The notes below the pieces were generated by a model. That model was given only the letters and a program-made list of their open reading frames with translations. It did not search any database and had not been told where the DNA came from. The position numbers were made by a program, and so were the translations under genes. From positions 124,001 to 188,000 of the forward strand of contig OW569369.1 of NCBI GenBank assembly GCA_937625935.1: a stretch of 64,000 nucleotides of DNA, in the 5' to 3' direction. Source of the stretch: Tetramitus jugosus (lineage: Eukaryota > Protista > Heterolobosea). Below, piece after piece: positions 42,486 to 55,619 of this stretch (positions are counted from its first letter, which is position 1; each line of letters begins with the position of its first letter).

Positions 42486-42880
42486 ATGTGGACGTCACGC
42501 ATGAGACCTCATTTGACGTCAAAGACTGAACTCTTTGTTTTCACACAAGCATTTTTCTGTGGGAACTTTTTTTGTTGAAGCTTACTGAAAAGCTATCGAT
42601 TGATTGGTTGTCCAGGGCAATCATATCATGCAACCAACACATAAAGCAATGGTATTTGTGTTCTTTTGTATATATTCTACTGCGTTAGCTGTCGCATTTT
42701 TGTTCACTCTTCCTGATGGATCAAACATTTCACGCAGCTGTAGTCAAGAGAAAAGTCGGTTTTGCTGGCTTTCCCGCCATCCCTCTATTTACGTTAGCTT
42801 TGAACCTTGTGGACTTATTCAATTGAGAAAAATACCAATTTCCTCTCTTGTGCTTCCTCCATTCCTTTTCATACCTGAGT

Positions 42881-44788
42881 ATGTCATCATACAAGGTGTC
42901 GAGTCGTCCATCTTCATCGAACATTAATGCAGCTCGGACAATGTCAAGTTTTTCATCCAACGAACAAGAGCCAAGTTATTCAAGAACATCGAGACCTCCA
43001 TTCCATAGTGGATACGAAAATCAAACATTGTCAACCAGTAGAATAAGCAATGGTGTTCAAAGAACTCAAGCCTCCTCATCCAGTAATACATATACACCAA
43101 ATAGTCCAGCAGTTTCATCGAGTAGTTCAAGTAAGGTTGGGTATCGCGTGAGTAACTCGATTCAGCAACCAAAGTACCCTTCCTCAACAAACAGGACACC
43201 TTCTGCTATCTTATCTACTGCTACCAGTCTTAGAACTCACCGTAATACTGAGAAAGACGATTACGACCAAGTTTCATCATACTCCCGGATTGGTAACTCC
43301 CAGAACTCTGGCGAAAGACAAAGTTCAATGGTTGCGGATCGAAGAAGTTCAAAAATTGTAGAAACATCAACTAGGTCAGTACTAGGGCCAACTGCAAATA
43401 ATTTGTCAAGCATTGGTGCCGCAAAGGTTGCTGCTCATGCTGAGAAAATGAAACTATCGCGAGAGAGGGCGGAAAGAATTAGGAGAGAAAGAAGCGGTAA
43501 TTCTGATGAACCTTTTGACCCGAAAGAGACCAGTAATCCCTCTGTCAATCGATCCAAACCTGTGACATCTATCGATGTTCCAGTTAGAAGAGCAGATATT
43601 GAAGACATGCCTATCCAAAGCAAATACATTCAAAAGAAACTAACTGAAATAGATATAGATATCGAAGAAGAGGAAGAGGAAGAGGAAGAAGTAGAACATC
43701 CCTCAATTCGCGATTCAATAGATGATAGATACTCTACTGCTATTCGTTCTGTTTTGAAAGAAGAGCGTGTTCATCCCAAACAACAGGCTTCTCGTGTACC
43801 ATTGACAAAATCTGAAGTTTTACCTGATCATCGGGTGCAACTCCCTGATGGAAAACCTCAACCAACTGCAAGTTCGAGAAGGACCTTCCATCCTACAAAT
43901 GTACATTCTTCTCAGGAAACGAGTAAAGAATTTACTGCTAAGGATCTCCTATATATGGATATGACAATTGGAACCGTCTTTGGTGGATCCCGAACTTATC
44001 AAGCACGCTTATCATCCAGATTGCTGAATGTGAAACAAAACCAATCTGAAATTAGAAATCAGTTACCTGAACCTACTATATCTAAACCGAACACTAACAA
44101 GATCTCTAAACCTCAATACAATCATCGGTCGAGTATCCGTGAAGAGGAAGATGAATTCAAGGAGAAAGAGCACGAAGAAACAAAAAGATATGAACTACCA
44201 ACACAGATCAAGGAATCGAAACAGATGTATCATCCTACCCAACAAAGAAGTGTTAATGAAGTGTCAGTTGTCCCTGGTAATCGAACAATCGAGACAGCAC
44301 CCAAATCGGAACAGCCCTTGGAGTATGAGGATGATGGTATTCCACTTGTCCAATGCCGGAATTGTACACGCCAATTTAAAAAGAATCGAATAGAGAAGCA
44401 TTACAATGCTTGCATAAAGCAACAAGCTCGAAAAGTATTCAAGGTTGATATTGTCCCAGAGGAACTAAAGGATGATTTAAAGAAGGCCAAGGCAGAGTTT
44501 GGCCAGTCGCATCCTGTCGAGAAACCCAAAATTTCCAAATGGAAACTTCAGAGCGAGCAATTGCGAGGAAGCGCAGGTAAATCGGCAAAAGGTGCAGAAC
44601 CGAAGGATATGAGAGAAGAGTGTCCCCATTGTACCAGAAAATTCGCAACAGATGTACTCGAGCGACATATTAACTTTTGTAAAAACTCGAGGGTGAAGAT
44701 TGGAACACTGAAGAAAGGTGGAGGAATTTCAGCAGGAAGAAAAGCTCCCAACACGTCTACCCAAACTATCACGTCAAGGAGAACATAA
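42881..44788 (+). CDS. C2HC zinc-finger protein (ZC2HC1-like)
   Basis: CRNCTRQF....IEKHYNAC and CPHCTRKF....LERHINFC, with SKWK.QSEQLR between them. Confidence 0.8.
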   Translation: MSSYKVSSRPSSSNINAARTMSSFSSNEQEPSYSRTSRPPFHSGYENQTLSTSRISNGVQRTQASSSSNTYTPNSPAVSSSSSSKVGYRVSNSIQQPKYPSSTNRTPSAILSTATSLRTHRNTEKDDYDQVSSYSRIGNSQNSGERQSSMVADRRSSKIVETSTRSVLGPTANNLSSIGAAKVAAHAEKMKLSRERAERIRRERSGNSDEPFDPKETSNPSVNRSKPVTSIDVPVRRADIEDMPIQSKYIQKKLTEIDIDIEEEEEEEEEVEHPSIRDSIDDRYSTAIRSVLKEERVHPKQQASRVPLTKSEVLPDHRVQLPDGKPQPTASSRRTFHPTNVHSSQETSKEFTAKDLLYMDMTIGTVFGGSRTYQARLSSRLLNVKQNQSEIRNQLPEPTISKPNTNKISKPQYNHRSSIREEEDEFKEKEHEETKRYELPTQIKESKQMYHPTQQRSVNEVSVVPGNRTIETAPKSEQPLEYEDDGIPLVQCRNCTRQFKKNRIEKHYNACIKQQARKVFKVDIVPEELKDDLKKAKAEFGQSHPVEKPKISKWKLQSEQLRGSAGKSAKGAEPKDMREECPHCTRKFATDVLERHINFCKNSRVKIGTLKKGGGISAGRKAPNTSTQTITSRRT

Positions 44789-44808
44789 TAAATAATATTA
44801 TTATTCCT

Positions 44809-47169
44809 TTATTCTTCGTCTCTGATATCATCCACGTCTATCTCATCGTGATCTGCCCAATAAGCTAGGTTGTTGGCAATATGTTCTTTGGTGTACTTTC
44901 TAAGTCTTGGTAGTAATTTGAATATGCTTTCATACATTGGGTTGACTATGTATGTTATAAAAGCATGTTGAAGATTATTCATGGATGGCTTCTGTCGGTC
45001 CATAAATGGAGAAATACCGAGAGATAACTCTCTCTCTTTGTCCCCTTGTTTGAAAAACTCAGTCTCGAGCCGAGAAGCCCACCTTAAATAGAGCTTCGTT
45101 GGTCTAGAGGGATTGCTGACGTCTGCCATTTTGATTGCCATCTGTAGAGCAAGTCTAACATCGTCTTTGGCAGAGAAATCGACATCAGTATCAATGCGAC
45201 TATTGAATTTTCCAACATATTTTGCGTGTTGACTCATATCTGTTGCTAAAACCATACCGATAATAGTCTCTCGAATATCCTTTTGTTGCTCTACTGTCAG
45301 TGTCTGCAAGATGTTGTTTTTATCGGATCTCATCATATCAAAGGCCTGAGAGCAGTGATGATGTTCGAGTACAGACCTATCATTGTAAAGGGTGGCCAAA
45401 TATGATTCTGAATTGATGTGAAAATTATTATTGAGTCCCGGATGATCGTAGTCATGAATCATTGCGGCTATTAAAGCCGCTAGAATATCTTCATCGGACA
45501 TATACTGAGACAACTTGCATTTGTATATAACAAAATGGAGCACTTGAAGTACGTCTGCAGCATGAATTGCGTTATGATATGGATTTTGATGATAACCACT
45601 TTCAACATTCTGTAACCAATTGATGAGTACTTGCTCGTCCATATTAAACTTGTTCACTAGATCATACTTTAAGAATAAAGTATACCCAGTGATGAACAAG
45701 GTTCTTCCCTCTGTGAGCTTCTCTAATGTGAACACGTCAAAGTTCCATTCATCAACTCGATCAAACATAGCCATAATGTCCTGTCGCATTTTGACTTTGT
45801 TAATCTTTGAGAGATTAACACTCTTCCTGAAATCCGAAGCACTGACCGTCGACTCGGAACCTTTCTTCATTTTTTGTATCTCGTCCTGAGAATCGACAGA
45901 AAACTTATCCTTAATCCAAGCCACAACTTCGGGGTCGATTTCTGTTGATATTCTCTGAGAAAAATCCAGTTTGTATAAATTATCAAACGAAATGGTGTTC
46001 ATCAAGCAGTTAAAACTATCTTGTTCCTTCTCTGTCATTGCTTTACTTGCAATCAACTTCTTCTTGAGCGCTTTTAGGAACTTTAGAATATCTTCATTTG
46101 GATAGTCCATACGAGATCTCGTTCCTCGATTTTGAAGTTTTTTGGTTGGCGCCACACTTAAATCGTCGCCACTATACTCCTCATGGGATGACTCTTGATG
46201 TTCTGAAGGATCTGTCTTTTTCCTCTGATTCTTGAGGAAAATGTACTTTTCCTTCATTAAATTCAGCTTTCTTTCCAATTCATCAACCTTCTCTGCAGTT
46301 GATGACTCTGTTCGGATTGCATAAAAGTCGAAAAGTGGATTCAAAAAACCATGAGAAAGGATACCAGCTCTATTATTGGCTTCTCTCAATTTAAACTGAA
46401 TGGATGCTCTTCCAATCTTATCCAAGTTCAGTTCTAGATTTAATAGGCATGATTCATTGGCGCTCTGATTTGATTCAAACTCAAAGGTCAATGTTTTCTT
46501 CTCAAAAGATTCCTTCAGAGAAGCAAAGAAAGATGCCCATTCAAGATTTGAGTTGATATCAAGAGCATTTTTCTTATTATTGAAAGATAATATTGTGTGA
46601 GATGGATGTTAGTGTCCATAATACAATCACTGTATGTTACTTACAATCTCCTTTAGTTCATCCATTGGCACTTCCTTGTGATAAAACTTGGCTCTGTGCA
46701 CATAGGCACAACCAAACATTATACTCTTGCAATTGGGACTGACTGTGCAAGAACAAATACACTTGTTAGAATTGTCTCCTGATTCACAAAAGAGTTTTGG
46801 AAGAGAAGCCAGGAGTTGTTGAAACGGCAAGTCTCCCTTTCTTCTGTCAACACTGACTCTGTGTCTCTCAAGGTCAGAAACAGTTTGCTTGTCTAAAGTA
46901 GAGCACCCACCACCCATGTTAATTTGTTTCAAATTTTTGTGTTTTTGGACTCTTTCGCTTATTGGGACCTTCCAGTTATCCGTAATGTCCAGTTCAAATG
47001 TTACAGTTAATAATTCGAGCGCGAACATAACGAACAAATCATGCTTCATTATTGCGACTTTAAATTTTCCGTTCACACTTGCAATGAATCGTTGGTGCAA
47101 AAATCGCGGCAGAAGCCGCAAGCTTTTGTCAAAAGAAAAGTCTTCATTGGAATTATAATAAAATTTCAT
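44809..47169 (-). CDS. Class I cyclic-nucleotide phosphodiesterase; ORF 46627..47169 is probably its 5' exon
   Basis: YHNAIHAADV, HDYDHPG, LYNDRSVLEHHH, LATDM, KMADVSN, EFFKQGD.E; 5' exon structure uncertain. Confidence 0.85.
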
Positions 47170-47180
47170 GAACAGATAGT

Positions 47181-47678
47181 TTATTCTTCTGGAACTTCGA
47201 TGGAGCCGTCATTGACTTGAGATTGGACATCTCTTGGGTCTTGACCGTTAACGGTGCAACCAACAGACACACATGTACCCAAAATCTCCTTAACGGTACC
47301 TTGAAGGGTCTTAGCGTTAGATTGATTTCTCAATGATCTAGCAATCTCCAAAATATCTTTGAATGCCAAATCTCCATTGTGCTTAATATTCTTAACCTTT
47401 TTTCTATCACGAGGAGGCTCCTTCAAAGCCTTGATGACCATAGCAGCAGCAGATGGGACAACTTCGACGGTTGCAACTCTGTTGATAACGGTCAATCTGA
47501 CGGAAACCTTGATACCCTTCCAGTCCTTGGTTGCCTTAGCAATATCGTCACCAACCTTCTTTGGTGCCAAACCCAAAGGACCGACCTTTGGGGCCAAGGA
47601 AGAGGCAGCGCCAGCCTCTCCTCCGACGGCTCTCATCATGATAATTTTAGCTTCTCCTGTTGCTGGTGGTGGTGCCAT
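47181..47678 (-). CDS. RPL12: 60S ribosomal protein L12 (uL11)
   Basis: VGGE....[33 protein letters not shown]. Confidence 0.98.
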   Translation of the reverse strand: MAPPPATGEAKIIMMRAVGGEAGAASSLAPKVGPLGLAPKKVGDDIAKATKDWKGIKVSVRLTVINRVATVEVVPSAAAMVIKALKEPPRDRKKVKNIKHNGDLAFKDILEIARSLRNQSNAKTLQGTVKEILGTCVSVGCTVNGQDPRDVQSQVNDGSIEVPEE

Positions 47679-47878
47679 TTTCTATTCTGTTATGACGTAT
47701 AGGTGTTGTTCAAGATTTTGTTTGTTTTTTTTCTAAAGATTGAGTAATTTTTTCGGTCAACCCGTTGGTTGAGTCAATCTAGAGATTGAAGTATGCAGGC
47801 GGAGAATGAACAGCATACAAAAGAAAAAAGACCAGGCCAAAAACACGAAATCAAGGCGGACAATCAAAGCACAAAAAC

Positions 47879-50809
47879 ATGAGCACAAAGAGAAGATTTG
47901 ACGACTACGATGGGATGTACACCAATTCGCAACATGCTCCCATTTCTAACCCAACAAAAAAGTTTAGAAGCGGAGCTGATCTGGATGAAGTTCTCAAACA
48001 AAAGATTCGCTTGGAAAAATGGAAGAAAAAGCTCTCACAACACAATTTGCTCAAGAAGTTGGAGGAACAGCTCCAAAAGTTGAATTGCAAGGAAAATGTA
48101 CCTATTTCTTCAAATAATCATTCTCTCCACACAAATGACAAACAAAACAATAATTTGATGATTAACACTGGTCCCAGATTACAGGTAACAACAACAACAC
48201 GTTCCCCTACAAATCACCACAATCATGTCCCTTCTGCATCAGCAGCAGAGGGTGAAATCGATACATTGGACGCATTCATGTCAGAGATTAGCGATCAAGT
48301 CAATGAAGGGCCACAACCAAATCATGATGTTTATGATGAGGATCAAGACGATATTTCTGGCAAGACAATTACCTATGACGAGATCTTTAAGAATGATGTA
48401 GCGAACGAGGCAACTAGTGAATCAGAGACGAGTCTGGCTGTTGATGATGAGACATTCCATCAACAGTTTCTAGAGGCCATCAGAAAAAAGGAAGAGTCCA
48501 ACAGCAACAACAAGCAAACCAACGAAAAAATGCACGTTGTATCATCTGAAGAGGCAGAATCAGTCGATCAAGCAAATGATGATAGAGAAGTGTACTTTCC
48601 GGATGATGATACAGAAGACGCTGCCGCTGTTGATCACTATTTTACAACACTATATGACTCTAGTCTCGTTGCATCCACAAACTCTGCTGCAAAGAATAAG
48701 AAGGACCTGAAGCCGGTGGATCATTCAAAAATGACCTATCTGCCTTTTAGGAAGAATTTTTATATTATCCCGCGTGAGTTGAAAGAATTATCATCGGAGG
48801 AAGTGTACAATATGAGAAAGGGAATGTCCAATATTCGTATCAGGGGCAAAGGATGTCCCCCTCCAGTGAAAACATGGGTCCAATGCGGTTTGGATGATTC
48901 TACACTGAGTATTATTGAAGGACTTGGATACACTCATCCGTTTCCCATTCAAGCTCAATCCATACCATGTATCATGAGTGGTAAGAATGTGATTGGTATC
49001 GCAAAGACAGGTTCAGGAAAGACTCTTGCCTATGTTTTACCCATGATCCGTCACATATTGGATCAACCTCCGCTGAGAGAGGGAGATGGACCTATCGGTC
49101 TAATTATTTCTCCCACTCGTGAACTGGCAACACAAATCTATGCCGAACTCCTCAACTTTTCCAAGTCACATGGCCTGAGAGCTGTTTGTGCATATGGCGG
49201 TGCCAGTATTGCCGAACAGATTGCTGCTCTAAAGAGAGGTGCACATTTAATTGTTTGTACACCAGGTAGAATGATTGATCTCTTGTGTGCCAATCGTGGA
49301 AGAGTGACAAATTTGGCTCGTGTAACATATATTGTTCTGGATGAGGCTGATAGAATGTTTGACATGGGTTTCGGTCCTCAGGTGACAAGAATTGTAAATA
49401 ATGTGAGACCTGACCGACAAGTGGTTCTCTTTTCAGCTACATTTCCAAAACCGTTGGAAGCATTAGCCCAGCAAACACTCAAGGATTCTATTGAAATTAT
49501 TGTTGGTAGTCGTTCTGTTGTTGCTGAAAATATTAAGCAATATGTGGAGTTGCGTGATGAGAGCACAAAGTTTTTACGCTTATTGGAACTGTTAGGTGTT
49601 TGGAGAGACAAGGGTAATGTTCTGATTTTTGTGGACAAGCAAACTGAGGTTGGTAACCTATATAAGGATCTGTTGATGGCTGGATATGAAACATTGTGCA
49701 TGCATGGTGGTATGGACCAAGTAGATCGTGATGACACAATTCAACAGTTTAAAAAGAAGGAAAAAACGATTATGATTGCTACTTCAGTGGCAGCGAGAGG
49801 TCTTCATGTGGATGACTTGGTATTGGTGGTCAACTATACAGTGCCTAATCATTATGAGGATTATGTTCATCGAGTCGGTCGTACAGGAAGAGCAGGTAAA
49901 GAAGGAACAGCATATACATTTGTTACTCCAGATGAAGAGAGATATACACCTGATCTCGTCAAGGCATTAAAACAGAGCAACAACGAAGTACCACCAGAGC
50001 TCGAACAAATTGCAAAACAATTCTTGGAGAAGAAGAAGGGTGGATTGGTCGGCAAGCAATATCCAACCAAATTGAGTGGATTCACCGGATCTGGCTTCAA
50101 GTTCGACTTGTCAGAACAGAATAAGAAGAAAGAGGAAATGAGACGTCAAATGAAGACTCTTGGTGTCGAAGAGACGACCGTCGAGTTATTGAGTGACGAT
50201 GAAGATGAGAAGGAGAAGGAAGAGGACGTAGACTCCATGATCAAACACGTGAAGAAGGGTGAAGTCGTTGCTCCAACTCCAGTCTCTGCACCAATTACAA
50301 TCATTCCTCATGCCACAATACCAAAAGTCACAACAGGGATGAGCGCCGTTGAGAAGGCCAAAGCTTTTGCCAGCGCGCTCAATATTACGACGTCGTTCGA
50401 AGCGGCTAATATCCCTCTCGCGAATGCTTCGGCTGCGAGTGCCACTTCACTTCACACACCTCCCAACACGGCTATCCTTCCCAATCCGACAGCTACAAAT
50501 CAAGACCATTATGAGACCGAGATTGAAATCAATGACTATCCTCAGCAAGCCCGTTGGGAGGTGACACACAAGGATGCCATGTACGAAGTGCATGAATACA
50601 CTGGCGCAGAGGTAACAACAAAGGGTATCTACGTTGAACCAGGACATACCGTACCAACTGGCGAACGAAGACTTTATTTGCTCGTAGAAGGACCAACACA
50701 TGAGTCTGTACGTCGAGCACGTATGTTTATCAAAAGAAAGTTGGATCAGGCAAGAATCAGAGCAGAGAGCACGGAAACACGAACGGTAGGACGGTTCTCC
50801 ATATTTTGA
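47879..50809 (+). CDS. DDX46: DEAD-box helicase PRP5/DDX46
   Basis: AKTGSGKT, PTRELA, DEADRMFDMGF, SAT, HRVGRTGR and C-terminal EINDYPQQARW. Confidence 0.95.
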   Translation: MSTKRRFDDYDGMYTNSQHAPISNPTKKFRSGADLDEVLKQKIRLEKWKKKLSQHNLLKKLEEQLQKLNCKENVPISSNNHSLHTNDKQNNNLMINTGPRLQVTTTTRSPTNHHNHVPSASAAEGEIDTLDAFMSEISDQVNEGPQPNHDVYDEDQDDISGKTITYDEIFKNDVANEATSESETSLAVDDETFHQQFLEAIRKKEESNSNNKQTNEKMHVVSSEEAESVDQANDDREVYFPDDDTEDAAAVDHYFTTLYDSSLVASTNSAAKNKKDLKPVDHSKMTYLPFRKNFYIIPRELKELSSEEVYNMRKGMSNIRIRGKGCPPPVKTWVQCGLDDSTLSIIEGLGYTHPFPIQAQSIPCIMSGKNVIGIAKTGSGKTLAYVLPMIRHILDQPPLREGDGPIGLIISPTRELATQIYAELLNFSKSHGLRAVCAYGGASIAEQIAALKRGAHLIVCTPGRMIDLLCANRGRVTNLARVTYIVLDEADRMFDMGFGPQVTRIVNNVRPDRQVVLFSATFPKPLEALAQQTLKDSIEIIVGSRSVVAENIKQYVELRDESTKFLRLLELLGVWRDKGNVLIFVDKQTEVGNLYKDLLMAGYETLCMHGGMDQVDRDDTIQQFKKKEKTIMIATSVAARGLHVDDLVLVVNYTVPNHYEDYVHRVGRTGRAGKEGTAYTFVTPDEERYTPDLVKALKQSNNEVPPELEQIAKQFLEKKKGGLVGKQYPTKLSGFTGSGFKFDLSEQNKKKEEMRRQMKTLGVEETTVELLSDDEDEKEKEEDVDSMIKHVKKGEVVAPTPVSAPITIIPHATIPKVTTGMSAVEKAKAFASALNITTSFEAANIPLANASAASATSLHTPPNTAILPNPTATNQDHYETEIEINDYPQQARWEVTHKDAMYEVHEYTGAEVTTKGIYVEPGHTVPTGERRLYLLVEGPTHESVRRARMFIKRKLDQARIRAESTETRTVGRFSIF

Positions 50810-51806
50810 GATATTCCCAATTAAATTTTCATCGGCTTCGTCTAGATTTCATTAGTCGGTACTGTCGCGTCATTTTTTTAACTGTTCACGGGCGAAAAGG
50901 GCAGCCATTCCTCCATGTCAAGCGGAACTAACAAAAGAAGCGACCCGCTCTCGCATCACCTGTCTAAAATCACACGCATAAAACTACTCATTTCCTTCTT
51001 TCCACACATTCCCACACAAAAACAATCAGCGAAACATCATCTCTCAACGCAACGTATTTTGTAGCTCCATTTTTTTGTTGTCATACTTCCTGTTTCAATT
51101 GTTTTTGTACCTCTAATTCATGAATAAGCGCATCGTCCTATTCAATCACGTTCTTCAGACATTTTGAGCCCAACGACTAACCGACTTCCAGAACTTGAAA
51201 ACTCTCCGCCGAAGGTTCTCTTCTCAGATGATGATACCCCCCTGTTCACGTTGGGTAGTTTGGCCTCCCATATAAAAACAACACAAATAACACACAAAGC
51301 AACAACAACCAAACAACAATAACCGACTAACCACAACAACTATTTAGAACTCACACATTTCTTTTTTAAACTGAATAGGTGTAGCTTCAACGGCAACAAG
51401 ACGACTCAAGGTCCACCAGAAGAAAGATCCAATAAAAACAAGAACTATTGTCTCGCACAGTGAGGCAGCAAAGGCATAGACTCAAGACAACTCAAGACAA
51501 GGTTTCGTCATGATGTGTGTAGTGATAGAGTGCTATCTAGTGAAAAGATGACACTGAATGTAGCAGGGAGTTCAGAGGAAGAGCTTGTTGCTACATGCAG
51601 TGTTGTTTTTTCGCTAGAGTTGCACTTCTATTGGTCTCATGTTGTGATATGACATGTGCGATCGCAAACGGAGCTTTTTTGCGCATTGTGTCACTCATGA
51701 CCTAATGTCCCAATAAGTGTGTTAACAAAGAAGGGGAAAAAATTGGCGCCAACAACTCCTGAAATTGGACAAAGTTTCATAAATATGATTTAATAGAGCA
51801 GATATC

Positions 51807-53594
51807 TTAGTTTGGGTCATTACTATGATGATTGGTCATTTTGATCACTTGTTCCTTCAAAAATTCTTTAAATTGATTCAGGATGGCATTCTCTAACGTG
51901 ACTTGCAGAGAGTGATCATATCCCTTGATCGATACTCCACTTGGCATCACTGCTGGCACCGACAATGTCGTTGATATGTTGAAGTCCTCTGTTTTGATCA
52001 TGTTGTTTCCTCCTGGTGGTGTCATCATGGCTCCTGCTGCTGTTGCTGCAATTGTGGCTTGCTTCTTTTGTTCATTAGACAAGTCTTCTTCATCACACAA
52101 GAGTGATAGCGTGTCAGGAGATGGTTGTTGTGGATTCAGACTCGTGTTGGGCTTTTTTGACGGCGTACTAGTCACTGGTATAGTTGACAATGTTCCACTG
52201 ATTTGATTTGCTTGATGATGAGTGGGCGTCCTGGGTGCAACAAATGCCGAAATGTCTTCTATACTACTGTGCAGAGTCTGATGTTGATCCAAATTGTCAG
52301 CTGACGTAACAGCATGATCTCCACCATCACTGATCACACTCGTTGCATTCGTTGTCGTGGTTGCTTGAACACCAGGTTTTTGAGGTATCGTCGTTGTTGT
52401 TGTTGCTGTTGTTGTATTGCGTTGCTGTTGTTGTTGACTGATTTGTTGTTGCCATTCTCTGACAAACTTTTCCTCTTCGTCGTACGCTGTTTGAATCAGA
52501 GTCCTACACAGTGAAGCAATCACATTCGTGTCAATCATCTCTGCCAACGGTGTTGAATAAAACTGATGATGATAGTGAGGCGGCAACAATGACGGTGGTA
52601 GTGGTGGTGGTACACCTCCTCCTATTCCTCCTCTGTCACTGTTGTCTACAGATGATACTTTTGATAGATTACCACTATTATTATTGTTACTACTATTGTG
52701 ACGATTCGGTGTAGATCGAGCAGTCTTGTTTGATGACGATGACGACGACGACGAAGACGTATAGTTTGTCATTTCTCCACTACCACTACCACTACCACTT
52801 CCACTTGATTTGAGAAGAACTTGGGACAATTCATCACATCCCTCATAATTCTTGCATCCAATGCATCGACAACTCTCTGTACATCGTCTCCCATTCTGAA
52901 AACATTCACAATACCGTTTTAAACAACCTGATTTCTTACATGAACATCCCTTTCCACTACTCGCATGACCATGTGTATGATGATGATGAGAATGATGAGA
53001 ATGAGATGAAGAAGATGATGAAGATGATGGTGATTGGAGAGAAGAGAGTGATAGTGAGAATGGCAGTGATGATGATGATGATGATGACGATGAAGAGTTT
53101 GATGATGGTAATGGTGGTGCAGATGATTTCTTTTTCCTCTTTAATTCAAAACTTGTATTATGATTTGTATTGTTGTTGTTGGATGTTATTGTCGTTGTTG
53201 ATGATGACGTACCATCATTCATCTTGATTCGTTTCGATGCATCTGGTGGTGATAATAGTACACTATGTGGTGCATTTTGAGTATTCGTATGATGAGAGTA
53301 GTTGTTCAACTGTTGTTGTTGTAGTAGGAAGAAGGCCCCTGGATGTTGTTGGTTGGATCGATTATTGTTGTTGGAAGACTCTTGAGTGATAAATGAAGGA
53401 AAAGTTTTTGTTGTTGTTGTTGTTGTTGTCGTTTGTTGATGATGATGATTGTTACTATCAATGGAGCTATGGTCGCTATTGAAGCTATGGTTGGTGTTTT
53501 GAGCTTGTGGGTTGTCTGTGAGCAAAGATGCGAATACACTATTGTTGAGTGATGGTGGGTTGTTGTTGCTGTTATTCGATGGAGGATTGTTCAT
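51807..53594 (-). CDS. Tesmin/TSO1/LIN54-like CXC (CRC) domain protein
   Basis: [18 protein letters not shown]....[12 protein letters not shown]; only one CXC copy visible. Confidence 0.85.
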   Translation of the reverse strand: MNNPPSNNSNNNPPSLNNSVFASLLTDNPQAQNTNHSFNSDHSSIDSNNHHHQQTTTTTTTTKTFPSFITQESSNNNNRSNQQHPGAFFLLQQQQLNNYSHHTNTQNAPHSVLLSPPDASKRIKMNDGTSSSTTTITSNNNNTNHNTSFELKRKKKSSAPPLPSSNSSSSSSSSSSLPFSLSLSSLQSPSSSSSSSSHSHHSHHHHTHGHASSGKGCSCKKSGCLKRYCECFQNGRRCTESCRCIGCKNYEGCDELSQVLLKSSGSGSGSGSGEMTNYTSSSSSSSSSNKTARSTPNRHNSSNNNNSGNLSKVSSVDNSDRGGIGGGVPPPLPPSLLPPHYHHQFYSTPLAEMIDTNVIASLCRTLIQTAYDEEEKFVREWQQQISQQQQQRNTTTATTTTTIPQKPGVQATTTTNATSVISDGGDHAVTSADNLDQHQTLHSSIEDISAFVAPRTPTHHQANQISGTLSTIPVTSTPSKKPNTSLNPQQPSPDTLSLLCDEEDLSNEQKKQATIAATAAGAMMTPPGGNNMIKTEDFNISTTLSVPAVMPSGVSIKGYDHSLQVTLENAILNQFKEFLKEQVIKMTNHHSNDPN

Positions 53595-53722
53595 TATTAT
53601 TGTATGTGTCTGGTGGTGAGAGTCAGGTGTAGTGGTGTCATTGACGTTTGGTGTTTTTTAGCTTGTGAATTGAGTCGTTTTTTTTGGCGGGAACAGTGGC
53701 AAATTTTTACGCCAAAAGATAG

Positions 53723-54749
53723 AATGAGAGGGATGATCATGGCCAGAGACGTCTGGGTTCATGTGGGTGCCTTTTTGACAGTTCCAGGATTAAGAGAGTT
53801 TTCCTTGGTGAGTTGCCAGTTTCACAAGCTGGTGTTTGATCAAAATGATCACACAAGCAACCTCATTTGGAAGGAACAGTGCACCTCTCTGTTGCGAAGC
53901 TTTATTGTCGATTGTTCTGTTGCCACAGAGCGAGATCCAAGGGAGAAGAAACAAAAAATCTCGGACTTTGTTGCTCAGTACTTGCAGAAGAAGATTGAAA
54001 CAAATGGGACTTCCAATTTCCTTGAACTCTATCAGAATTTATTCTGCTTTAGTTACGAGAAAATTTCTCCTTCGGTCAACTCCTTGATATTTTCAAAGAT
54101 GAATCGATCGTGTGTCAATTCAAGTTCACTGAAAGATTCATCGATGAGATGGGAGAGTATAGATGTGAATTGTGAGATGGTACCTGGATATGTGTATGAG
54201 TTTGAGTTCATAGTCCGTCACTACGAGCGAGTGGCAACAAATCAATGGATGACAATTGTTGGAGTCAGTGATGACAAAGGGCAAATAATTCGTTCAGAGG
54301 CGACAAGTAGCTTTGGTGAGTGGATTGGGCATCATGGACAAGGAATTGGAATTATTTTGGCAGACGATTCAATCATCCATCACAATATTGTCAAGCGTAA
54401 CCAATATTATACAACGCGGGACAATGAGCAACCAAAGACAGGAGATGTAATTGGAATCAGGTTTGATATGAGATTGGCTGGTGAAGCGCAAGATAAGGAG
54501 TTGCTGAGCAAGTATGCATATGTTCTATTCGGTATCACTCGCAATCAGAAAGCAATTGAACTCTTTGACAGATGTGGTTCCAAAATTGAATTTTTTATCA
54601 ATGGAGTGCCAGTCATGACGGTACCATACAGTGGACTCCCTGGACAACAATTTTGGCCTTCTATTTCTCTAATCAACAAGCAACACATTGAGGTACGACC
54701 TGGATTTGAACTTACGAATCGTTTGATGACAAACACAAGTAGCCACTAA
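53723..54749 (+). CDS. F-box-like / SPRY-like domain protein
   Basis: VGAFL......FSLVSCQF....W, GDVIGIRFD, IEFFING, FWPSISL. Confidence 0.65.
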
Positions 54750-54766
54750 ACAGTATTTGGTATAAT

Positions 54767-55513
54767 TTACGAATTGTGTTTAGATCCATTCGAATTATTT
54801 CGCTCCAGTATGGCATAGTAAGCATCTCTTATGATGTTCGCAGCTGCTTGACGCTCCTCTACTGTTAGAATCCTTCCCGCGTGTTCATGCTTTTGAAAGA
54901 AATCCAACCAATCTTGTTCATTTGGTAAATCACCCTTCGCTCGAGGAATCAAGTGCAAGTGAGTATGCTGTATGCTCTGTCCACTATATTCTCCTTCTTG
55001 AAGCAACGTGTTGAAAGATTCTGTCTGATACACTTGCTGCAATGCCAAAATCACATGTCTTTGAAATTGATGAAACTCAACCACGTGCTCCAACGGAACA
55101 TCCGTAAACTTGGATATATGACTCGTGGGAATGATCAGTGAGTGCCCTGGAAACACGGGACGAATATTGTAAAGTGCCAAAAACCAGTTGTTTGGAGAAC
55201 GGACAATCAGTCCTTCATTTAGTGTTTGCTCGTCACAGAATGGACACAGTGCACGCAATAGATCAGGTGTCAAATGTTGGTAGTGTCGACGGAGCATACT
55301 GGCCTTCCATTCGTGATTGCTCTGTTCTTTCCTGTCCAATTGCAAAAAGTGTTCGATTTGTTCGGGCGACAGTGACTCTATGGGTTGACTTGTCATGGTC
55401 GATTCACATCGATGCAAATTAAGAGGGAGAGATCTTGATTGAGCGATGATACATCTCGCATGGAATACTTGCCTAGATCTTCTCCCTATGATGATTGCGC
55501 TTCGTTTGATCAT
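54767..55513 (-). CDS. HIT-family hydrolase (FHIT-like)
   Basis: CPFC, NIRPVFPGHSLIIP, GQSIQHTHLHLIPR. Confidence 0.92.
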   Translation of the reverse strand: MIKRSAIIIGRRSRQVFHARCIIAQSRSLPLNLHRCESTMTSQPIESLSPEQIEHFLQLDRKEQSNHEWKASMLRRHYQHLTPDLLRALCPFCDEQTLNEGLIVRSPNNWFLALYNIRPVFPGHSLIIPTSHISKFTDVPLEHVVEFHQFQRHVILALQQVYQTESFNTLLQEGEYSGQSIQHTHLHLIPRAKGDLPNEQDWLDFFQKHEHAGRILTVEERQAAANIIRDAYYAILERNNSNGSKHNS

Positions 55514-55619
55514 CTCTTGTTTTGCAAACTTTTATTTTGTTGACCGATCCAAAATCTGTCATGTCGTTGGTGTCCTTCAATGAGGGAGGGAAGATGGACC
55601 TAATAAATACAATAGTTAT

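Noticed and set aside
50810-51800. ~1 kb gap with short ORFs and a CTCAAGACAA duplication
   Set aside because: No recognisable protein or RNA motif; a small spliced gene cannot be excluded
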